Of a stretch of DNA of 64,000 bases, positions 55,604 to 63,103 are shown piece by piece. The DNA comes from a virus (taxonomy: Duplodnaviria; Heunggongvirae; Uroviricota; Caudoviricetes), in the IMG/VR virus record IMGVR_UViG_3300035661_000047; one strand, 5' to 3'. The position numbers and the translations under genes are program-made. Below the pieces are notes generated by a model, which saw nothing but the letters and a program-made list of their open reading frames with translations, was not told where the DNA came from and did no database searches. The number at the start of each line of letters is the position of its first letter. The stretch's first letter is position 1.

Positions 55604-57149
55604 CTTGCGATTTCACATACGCGCCGAAACGCTCGTCGGTGCCTTGCTCTTCACTGTCTTCCCACACGCCGAGATATTCGGCGACAGTCAGATTGTATTC
55701 CAGCTTGTCGATTGCCCGCGTAGAAGCAACATACAGCAGATTTTGCTCTTCAGTTGACAGGCCAGTCCACTCGCCGTCTTCATTGTAGCACGATTTGAAG
55801 TCGCTTTCAATACGCACTTGACTCCACTCGCGGCCCTTCGACTTGTGCGCCGTCGTGAACGTCACATGGGGTTCACGGCTGTTGCAGTGGCATTTTAGGA
55901 TGGAAATCCAGTTCTCTGCAAGACCTTCCTTGACAACCTTGACAATCCGGCCAAGCTCGGCATCACCCTTAGATTCAGCAACCATTTCATACCATTCCGT
56001 GTACGGCAGCATCTTGTCGTGCTTGACGTTCTTCATATCACCACGGTAGAGAGCGACAGCCGATTGTAGCAGCTTAACGAAGTCCTTCACGTCGATTTCG
56101 ATAGAAACTTCAGTGCCTTTCCGAATCTCGCTGATTGCAGCGTACAACAGCGCGCTGTTTGTGCGGAACAGCCGGGTGTACGGCTGAGATTCATCGACGA
56201 TACCTGCGTTCTTGGCAACAGACGCGATCTTCTCGTTTCCGGTGATAGTCATTGCGCCTTCAAGCACCGCAGTGGCGATGTCTGCAACAGCCTGACCGTA
56301 GCGGAAGCTCTTGGTCAAGTGGCGCGAAGCACAATCTACCATCTGCATCGCATTGACAGCCCCGCGCCAGCCATAGATTGCTTGGCGGGCATCCCCCACC
56401 ATGACAATCTTCATGTGGCCTTGCTGGTTCAGGATTATGTCCAGAACGCATGGCGTGGTATCTTGGAACTCATCGACGTACACGACTTGAAAACCGTGGA
56501 ACACGGGCTTCGAGAGCTGGTACATCTTGAGATACGTGTCGTGAGTAGCAAGAACAGGGCTGTTGATCTTCGTGCGCTTGCTCCAGAGCTTCTGTGCAAC
56601 TCCGAACACGATGCCCTTGACGTAGTTCAGTGCTTGCATGTTCTCTGCGAGCTTGTCCTTGAGGTCCGCCATCGGAACGTGTTTCATAGCCAGTTTAGGA
56701 TCAGCCGACTGCTCGAATCGAGCAACAGCTTCACGGGCCAGCAGGCCGATGAAATTTGCGCTGATAGCAACGCCATCCGCCGTCTCAAAGGAGTTAACGT
56801 TGAAGTACCGTGCGATTTCCGAGCCAGTGCCTGCAACGTTGACGTAACGGCCCTTGGGACGGCTCAGCTTGTCGCGCAGCTTTGCGCCAAAAGCGGCGTA
56901 AGCCATGCTGTGAGTGGTCTTGCAAACCACATGCTTCGGAAATTTTTTGCTTGATTCGGTCGCAGTGACCTTGTTGAATGCCAAGTACAGGCTGGGAACT
57001 TCGTGAGACGCGGCCATCATGGTGAGCGTAGAAGTTTTTCCAGAGCCTGCGCATGCTTCTATCTTGAGCATGTCTTCGGTCTTGAGAGCGGTGATGCATT
57101 GCTGTTGTTGCTGTGTAGGAGTGCGGCTCATTTGTTTCTTTCCGTTCAA
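55560..57149 (-). CDS. UvrD/PcrA-like SF1 DNA helicase
   Basis: Motif I ACAGSGKTSTL and motif II VYVDEFQDTT (DExQD); 529 aa. Confidence 0.75.
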   Translation of the reverse strand: MNGKKQMSRTPTQQQQQCITALKTEDMLKIEACAGSGKTSTLTMMAASHEVPSLYLAFNKVTATESSKKFPKHVVCKTTHSMAYAAFGAKLRDKLSRPKGRYVNVAGTGSEIARYFNVNSFETADGVAISANFIGLLAREAVARFEQSADPKLAMKHVPMADLKDKLAENMQALNYVKGIVFGVAQKLWSKRTKINSPVLATHDTYLKMYQLSKPVFHGFQVVYVDEFQDTTPCVLDIILNQQGHMKIVMVGDARQAIYGWRGAVNAMQMVDCASRHLTKSFRYGQAVADIATAVLEGAMTITGNEKIASVAKNAGIVDESQPYTRLFRTNSALLYAAISEIRKGTEVSIEIDVKDFVKLLQSAVALYRGDMKNVKHDKMLPYTEWYEMVAESKGDAELGRIVKVVKEGLAENWISILKCHCNSREPHVTFTTAHKSKGREWSQVRIESDFKSCYNEDGEWTGLSTEEQNLLYVASTRAIDKLEYNLTVAEYLGVWEDSEEQGTDERFGAYVKSQVALLKRDVNEDIAA

Positions 57150-57239
57150 GACGTTGTGTGTCGATGGGGTGAATTATGAGCCGTTCCGCTCAACAATGCA
57201 AGCCCCTTTTGCTGTAGTGGCTATTCTCAGCTTTGAGAA

Positions 57240-57737
57240 TTATCGTCGGCCTACGCGGGTAACAGACCGGCCGCCGAAAGATCGACTGGGAGTTGTCGTG
57301 ATTCCGCGAGAGTTTGTCGTGCTATGTTGCTGAACATACGGGCGCGGCTGCGGGTTGTAGATCGGGCGACGATCATAGCTCGGAGCCACAGGCGCCCTGT
57401 AGGCGGGGGCTGGAGCGTGTTGCACAATTTGTTGCTGGTTGACAATCACAGTGCTCTGCTTCGGCGTTGAAGACTTGCCCATCATGTAGCCAAGCAAGCC
57501 GCCACCGATTACGCCAGCCGCAGCCGCCGTACCGGCTCCGACGCCTTCTTTGGCGTGCTGTTGAGGTTGTTGGTACTGCGGCTGATACTGTTGCGGCAGA
57601 GGAACGCCAGATGCGTCTACAGCAACAGGTAGCGGGGCTACTGGTTGAGGTGATGCTGCGTAAGACTCTCCGCCACCGCATGCGGTAAGCGACACGGCCA
57701 GAAGTGCAGCAATTGCGAAAGTAGAAAACTTCTTCAA
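57240..57737 (-). CDS. Gln/Pro-rich membrane lipoprotein
   Basis: Signal peptide + lipobox (LAVSLTAC), one TM-like Gly/Ala segment, QYQPQYQQPQQ low-complexity region. Confidence 0.65.
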   Translation of the reverse strand: MKKFSTFAIAALLAVSLTACGGGESYAASPQPVAPLPVAVDASGVPLPQQYQPQYQQPQQHAKEGVGAGTAAAAGVIGGGLLGYMMGKSSTPKQSTVIVNQQQIVQHAPAPAYRAPVAPSYDRRPIYNPQPRPYVQQHSTTNSRGITTTPSRSFGGRSVTRVGRR

Positions 57738-57804
57738 ATCAATTCCCCTTCAGTTTTACGGTTTGGTTTGCGACGCCAGCATTGAAGCGATCAATATAGG
57801 CGTC

Positions 57805-58116
57805 TTAGTACAAATCAAGAGCTGCATCGTAGTTTTCCAATGCAAACTCTCGCCAGCCTGACGTGATTGAGGTACAAACCTTCATCAAGGTCAGCGTGAA
57901 CGCTTCTTTTGGCGTTTTCTTTCCAGGGTAGGGTACGAGGCTTCTTTCCAGAGCCAGCACCATAGCTTCCTCTACAACTGAGTATAGCTGAATCTTCCTG
58001 TCACACGCAAGGAACATTTCCTTGCTGCACATCACCTCTTCGTCTTCAGGCTTGTCAAGGTGCGCCACTGCTACGTGGACAGTATCGTGGTCGTACTTTT
58101 GAACAACTCTAGTCAT
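57805..58116 (-). CDS. hypothetical protein (103 aa)
   Basis: Track ORF; ATG embedded in TACAATG with a TTGACA 18 nt upstream (leaderless or alternative start possible). Confidence 0.45.
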   Translation of the reverse strand: MTRVVQKYDHDTVHVAVAHLDKPEDEEVMCSKEMFLACDRKIQLYSVVEEAMVLALERSLVPYPGKKTPKEAFTLTLMKVCTSITSGWREFALENYDAALDLY

Positions 58117-58147
58117 TGTAGCATCGAAGAAAGCCCCTTGTCAACTT

Positions 58148-58342
58148 TCAGGTTAGGATGCTGTGCGTGTAAGTGTCGCGCATGCGATCCTGATAGAAGG
58201 ACTCCCACTCTGCCGGGATTACTGCCCCAAGCTTTCGCATTGCGTGGATGTCTTGCATGGTCTTTAAGAAGTGTGGGCTGTCTTTCAAGTACCTGTGCGA
58301 CATCTTCAGCATGTAGAGCACGTTCAGGCTCGGAACAGTCAC
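58148..58342 (-). CDS. hypothetical protein (64 aa)
   Basis: More protein-like of two overlapping track ORFs. Confidence 0.35.
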   Translation of the reverse strand: MTVPSLNVLYMLKMSHRYLKDSPHFLKTMQDIHAMRKLGAVIPAEWESFYQDRMRDTYTHSILT

Positions 58343-58429
58343 TGTGACGCCACCAGATAAAACAGTCCAAGTCTTTTCTGCGTCATGTTCTTCGACAAAA
58401 CGCAGAAGCTTTTCAGCTCGGCTACCTTC

Positions 58430-58633
58430 CTATGCAAGCTCTACCTCGCACATGCGGCCATCCCTCAACCGCATGCACATCGAATCTCCGCCGTTTATCG
58501 GGTAAAACGATGTAGGAAGAACTGATTCTCGAATCTCAAGCGAATCCTCATACGTGGCTACGAAGTCGAGGTCATTCGGTTCCCGGTCAGAGAGTCCACG
58601 AATTTTTAGCGCAAGTGATCCGATTACCAACAT
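58430..58633 (-). CDS. hypothetical protein (67 aa)
   Basis: AAAGGAAGAAAA RBS + ATG 58633. Confidence 0.5.
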   Translation of the reverse strand: MLVIGSLALKIRGLSDREPNDLDFVATYEDSLEIRESVLPTSFYPINGGDSMCMRLRDGRMCEVELA

Positions 58634-58649
58634 TTTTCTTCCTTTCGAG

Positions 58650-59012
58650 TTAAAGCTTAGCAGCGGGAGCTATACCAGTCACGGCACTGTACTTCCATTT
58701 CTTGAAGCGTGTCAAGCAGTTTCCCATGATTTTCGATCCATAAGCATCGACAGCCCCGCCCTCGTCTTCCGGGTCTTCAAGCCGATACGAGAACGGTCGC
58801 TCGTCGTAATACCCGTCGTCACTGCACGGAAGTTGGTATGAAACGCAAGAAACGTCTACAACGACTTTGACATTTTCGAGAATGTCATTGATACGGGCAG
58901 CAAGCGCCTCTGCTTCCGCTTCTTCTCCTTCTTCAAGCAGCATCAGCTCGTTAAACTGCTTCGTAGCTTCTTCGATGCCGTCAGAGATAAACTTGACAGC
59001 ATCTTTTCGCAT
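58650..59012 (-). CDS. hypothetical acidic protein (120 aa)
   Basis: Track ORF in leftward operon. Confidence 0.5.
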   Translation of the reverse strand: MRKDAVKFISDGIEEATKQFNELMLLEEGEEAEAEALAARINDILENVKVVVDVSCVSYQLPCSDDGYYDERPFSYRLEDPEDEGGAVDAYGSKIMGNCLTRFKKWKYSAVTGIAPAAKL

Positions 59013-59085
59013 GGCTGCGCGTTTAGCGCGAATTTAACTGATGTCAACCACGCCAAGAACGATATTACTCATGTGGCCCTCCATT

Positions 59086-59331
59086 TCAGCAGTAGGCAGA
59101 CGAAGAATTACAGTCGTTGACAGTATAAACGTCTTCCAGCGTCCACTTAAGGTCTTCAAGATCGACAGGGATGTCAGAGGCTTGCTGGATGTCCTTGATT
59201 TCTCCGAGAAGCTTCTTAATACCCTCGATTCGCTCTGCAACTGCTTTGACGGCTACCTGAGTAACAGCTTCCTTTTGCTTTTTGTACTCGTTCAGATCGA
59301 CACCACCGACAATGAATTCAGTCTTAGCCAT
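59086..59331 (-). CDS. hypothetical protein (81 aa)
   Basis: AAAGGAGAAATC RBS ~10 nt before ATG 59331. Confidence 0.5.
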   Translation of the reverse strand: MAKTEFIVGGVDLNEYKKQKEAVTQVAVKAVAERIEGIKKLLGEIKDIQQASDIPVDLEDLKWTLEDVYTVNDCNSSSAYC

Positions 59332-60004
59332 TTTCAGATTTCTCCTTTTCAATTTTGAAAGTGTTGTGCTTGTACACTGGTATCAGGTACGGAAAGAATA
59401 CAAGCATCTGGATTGAGAAGCAAAGTGCAGCGTAGTAGGGATTCACTTGACTCGCACCAACACCACACTAGCTTGAGTAATCTCTTGCTTGATGAATTCC
59501 GCAGCCTTCTCGTGAGATAGTTAGCCTACCTTGTATTGCTGAATTTCATTGCCGACGCGAACGCCTACAAGTAACTCAGGGATAGGCTAAAACAGTTCGA
59601 GCTGTTCCATACTGGTCAGCACGAATGGGACGACGCTTGCCACTCTTGGTCATGAGGGTCGTAGTAACCTCCCATACCATAGCCGCCAAGCTCCATGTAG
59701 AATCCAACGCCAGCTTCGTCAGCGATGAACTCGGCTTCAGAAATCTTGCTCTGGGCTTCAGCGCCCAGTTGTGCAATCTTGTTGATTGCCTCTTTTTGAC
59801 TTAGACTAATTACGTTCCTTTCTAGTGTAGGGCTTTTAACACGTCGTCAGCTATCTCGACAGCTATTGCCCCTACCGACTGATGTGGAGTTCCAGTCGAT
59901 ATAAGGCTCTACATTGCTTCAACTGCCAACTTCTCTCTTAGAGACATACCTAAGTAGTATTTAGTGTCAGTCTCTGATGGGTATATAGGAGGGTTGCTGT
60001 TCAA

Positions 60005-61786
60005 TCAATACTTCACATGGTTAGATTCAAGCCACTTCCGCTTGTTGTACAGCTTGTGCTGCTCGGCATCGTAGTAGAACTCACCGGCAGGGCCGGTTTG
60101 GGAGTTGTCACGATTCTTACTGATGAACGCCTTCGTGGTGTTGCGCTCAATCGGGTCAGGGTTCATCTTATCACGAACCAGAAGGATGTTCAAGGCTGCT
60201 GACTTGAAGATCGTAGAACTTCCTTGGAAGTCTTCTTCAGAAATCATAGCGCCGCTGGAATTCTGCTGGGATTGGCCGCCACCCGACTTACGAACGTGGT
60301 TGATGTTGATGAAGGTCATGCTGTGGCTCTTAATCAAGCCCTTCTGCCACTTCAAAAACACAGCCTGCTCTTCGTTCGTCATTCCGTCCAAGATGTCTTG
60401 CAACGGGTCCAGAATGATAACACGAACTCCACATGAAATCACCAACTGTTCTACAACAGCCTTGAGGTCTTCAACAGAACCGTCACGATCATCGACTAGG
60501 TAGAACCTGTGCGAACCATCTTCACGGTAGAACAGCTCCTTTTCCTTTGCCTTTACCCAGTCTTGGTCTAGGAACTTCGACTTTTCTGCATGGTCTTTGA
60601 TGTTGTTGATCTTGTACTTGATGTACCGACTCAACATCGAAATACCGTACTGACCGGCATTTAGCTCCATAGAGACGATGCCGACAAGGTGCGGGCAGTT
60701 GAAAGCCCAGTACATGACGCATTCGTCAACGTACACAGTCTTGCCAAGACCAGAGGCAGCGCCGATGTTGACGATTCGGCCAAGGCCGATGCCGTCAGCA
60801 GTCATTTCATTGACCTCTTCCATGAAGTCGGGGAAACGAATCTTCTCTACTAAAGCTTCCTCTCGCAGACGGCCAGACAGCTCCCCAGAGCCAAGAACGC
60901 CAGCAGGCATGTACTGCTTTGCATTCCAGAAGTCCTGAATGAAATCTCGCTCTTTTCCGGCTTTAACGTAGTCATCCGCATCCTTGAAGCGCATCGACAT
61001 GACGTACACGCGACCCTTTGGCAAGACTTTTGCGATCTTCTCCGCAGCCTCTTCCCCAGCCTTATCCGCATCCATGCAAACGATGATCTTTTCAAACTGT
61101 GCAAAGAACTCGTAGCGGCTCTGTACCTGCTTGTATGCCCCGCTCTCGCCGAGCGTTGAGCACACGACAGCAGGGGGTTCAAACTCCGACTTACCACGAC
61201 GTTCAAGATCGTCTTTGAGCATCTGGTAAGTGTTAAGCAGCTTCGTCTCTCCGCCAACGATAATAACCGTTCGCTTGGAGTTCTTGAATCGGAATTCACC
61301 AATCATGTCGCATTCTTTTCCGACCTGACCGATAGGGTTCGAGAAGTCCTTCGGGAATACGCGGGTTCGGTATCCAGCCAACTGGCTGTCAATAGTCGTC
61401 GGGAAATACTGCTTGCAAGGCTCGCCAGTCTCGGCGTCGTACTCGTAGCGAACTCCGAAATACTTGTTGGTTTCGTCCCGGATTCCACGGTAGCCGTGGC
61501 CCTTCGTCCCGGTGTAGCTCTTTATTTCAGCGTTCTGTTCGTCTGTGATTTTTTCTCTTGTCATTACTTCTTCATCCTCTTCCTCTTCGGCATCCCACCC
61601 CATCTTAGCCATGTGCTCATCTGAAGGGATAGTGAAATTGCAAGACCAGCAAAAGGCGCCGTTACCGGCGCCATATACATGCAGGTTGTTACCAGCGTTG
61701 TCGCGGCCGTTACGTCGGCAGCGCGGGCATGCTGTCTTGTACTCGTAACTGAGGTCGATTCCGTACTTTTCAGCCGGTGCCGTCAT
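60005..61786 (-). CDS. primase-helicase (T7 gp4-like)
   Basis: N-terminal zinc-binding CPRC...CWSC, TOPRIM-like middle (IVGGE...DAD), DnaB-like helicase with P-loop GAASGLGKT; 593 aa. Confidence 0.85.
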   Translation of the reverse strand: MTAPAEKYGIDLSYEYKTACPRCRRNGRDNAGNNLHVYGAGNGAFCWSCNFTIPSDEHMAKMGWDAEEEEDEEVMTREKITDEQNAEIKSYTGTKGHGYRGIRDETNKYFGVRYEYDAETGEPCKQYFPTTIDSQLAGYRTRVFPKDFSNPIGQVGKECDMIGEFRFKNSKRTVIIVGGETKLLNTYQMLKDDLERRGKSEFEPPAVVCSTLGESGAYKQVQSRYEFFAQFEKIIVCMDADKAGEEAAEKIAKVLPKGRVYVMSMRFKDADDYVKAGKERDFIQDFWNAKQYMPAGVLGSGELSGRLREEALVEKIRFPDFMEEVNEMTADGIGLGRIVNIGAASGLGKTVYVDECVMYWAFNCPHLVGIVSMELNAGQYGISMLSRYIKYKINNIKDHAEKSKFLDQDWVKAKEKELFYREDGSHRFYLVDDRDGSVEDLKAVVEQLVISCGVRVIILDPLQDILDGMTNEEQAVFLKWQKGLIKSHSMTFININHVRKSGGGQSQQNSSGAMISEEDFQGSSTIFKSAALNILLVRDKMNPDPIERNTTKAFISKNRDNSQTGPAGEFYYDAEQHKLYNKRKWLESNHVKY

Positions 61787-61790
61787 CGGG

Positions 61791-62042
61791 TCACGCCAGT
61801 GAAATCAAACGCTTCGTAGCTAGGCGTCGCTGGCGAGTCCAGCAAAGCTCTCGCAGAACGTCCTTGTCAAGTTTTTGATCTTTGCCCATCACCTTCAACT
61901 CTTCACGAATTGCTTTGGTCACTTGGTACTGGCTGAGAAACTTGAACAGTAGGTAGTCTTGCTCACGTACAGAGATGAAGTTTGCACGCTGAGCGATTCG
62001 AGATTGAACGCTGGAAATCAGTTTGTTGAGTGACATCGCCAT
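61791..62042 (-). CDS. hypothetical protein (83 aa)
   Basis: Track ORF directly upstream of primase-helicase. Confidence 0.5.
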   Translation of the reverse strand: MAMSLNKLISSVQSRIAQRANFISVREQDYLLFKFLSQYQVTKAIREELKVMGKDQKLDKDVLRELCWTRQRRLATKRLISLA

Positions 62043-62114
62043 CTTGTAAGTTCCTTTCTGGTTGGTTCTAAGCCGAAGCCGCTATTGTATGCAGCTTCGG
62101 CGAGTTGTCAAGCT

Positions 62115-62666
62115 TTACTTGGTGTTGATGATGCCCTTGAAGTCGTAGGGCACAACGATTGCTTGGACCTTGCCAGCAGCGATACCTTCCGCAATCTTCA
62201 TCTGTGCCGCTGCCTGCATGTATTGGATCGCGCCAGCATTGGCATTCAGGGCAGCGATTCGACGGCTCTCGGCCTCTGCCGTGCGAACTTCGACTTCCTT
62301 TTGCAGCAGGCCATTCTTTGCTCGCACAAGCTCGTTTGCGCTAGCAACCACAGAGTCTGCCGGGACAACTCCACGGATTTGAACACGCGAAATCGTGATC
62401 GAGTTGCCAAGTCCTTCAGCCTGAAGCGTTGCGTTGATGGCCTTGATTTGAGTCTCCATCGCCTCGCGGTTGTCGTTCATCGTCAGTGCTTCGTACTCTC
62501 GCGCAGCCTTGTACGCTGCGTTCCGTGCGGTCTGCGTCACATAGTTGCACATCAGGTAGATATCACCGTTAGCTTCCGCGTGGAAGCTGCGGCTATTCGA
62601 GCTGTACAGTCCTGCAACTTGACTTTGGTTGATGCTGTAGATGACTGACAGGTCAAAGTCCTTCAT
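62115..62666 (-). CDS. SPFH/band-7 domain protein, C-terminal part (frameshifted relative to 62663..62905)
   Basis: SPFH-like core with coiled-coil (AEAESRRIAALNA...); start ATG overlaps upstream stop as ATGA. Confidence 0.55.
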   Translation of the reverse strand: MKDFDLSVIYSINQSQVAGLYSSNSRSFHAEANGDIYLMCNYVTQTARNAAYKAAREYEALTMNDNREAMETQIKAINATLQAEGLGNSITISRVQIRGVVPADSVVASANELVRAKNGLLQKEVEVRTAEAESRRIAALNANAGAIQYMQAAAQMKIAEGIAAGKVQAIVVPYDFKGIINTK

Positions 62667-62905
62667 CGTGCTGTCGTCTTTGCAATCGGCGTCATGTTGT
62701 CAATGACTGCGGACACATCCTTAATAGGGAACGTTATGATTGACCCGACAAGAGTTTGATTGAAGCTTCCCGGAAGCAGCTCGCCCTGCTTCAATTGCTT
62801 GTCGTAACCGATTCGCACCCCGACCTCGCCGGTTTCGATTCGGGTGCAGCCAGTAGAGGCGATAGCCAGTGCTGCGATTGCTATGGTAGCAAAAAACTTC
62901 TTCAT
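62663..62905 (-). CDS. lipoprotein N-terminal part of SPFH protein
   Basis: MKKFFATIAIAALAIASTGC signal + lipobox, then GEVGVRIGYDK...PGSFNQTLVGSI, typical of the start of an SPFH domain. Confidence 0.5.
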   Translation of the reverse strand: MKKFFATIAIAALAIASTGCTRIETGEVGVRIGYDKQLKQGELLPGSFNQTLVGSIITFPIKDVSAVIDNMTPIAKTTAR

Positions 62906-62987
62906 GTACTTTCTCATTGTACTGGTTAGAAACAGATGATAATCGCTGCCAGTACAGCGGTTGCCACGGATGCTGTGAAAATGGCGA

Positions 62988-63098
62988 CTAGCGCCCCTTG
63001 GCAAAGATCAGCTTCTGTTTGAGAGTTGAACTCCGAAACGCAGTGTAGCAGAGAAACGAGAGTAGCCAAACAATTCCGAAAACAAAAACTAGCCTTGC
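62988..63098 (-). CDS. tiny membrane protein (GTG start, 36 aa)
   Basis: GGAG-N5-GTG right after thyX stop; LVFVFGIVWLLSFLCYTAF TM segment. Confidence 0.35.
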   Translation of the reverse strand, partial: ARLVFVFGIVWLLSFLCYTAFRSSTLKQKLIFAKGR

Positions 63099-63103
63099 CA
63101 CTG

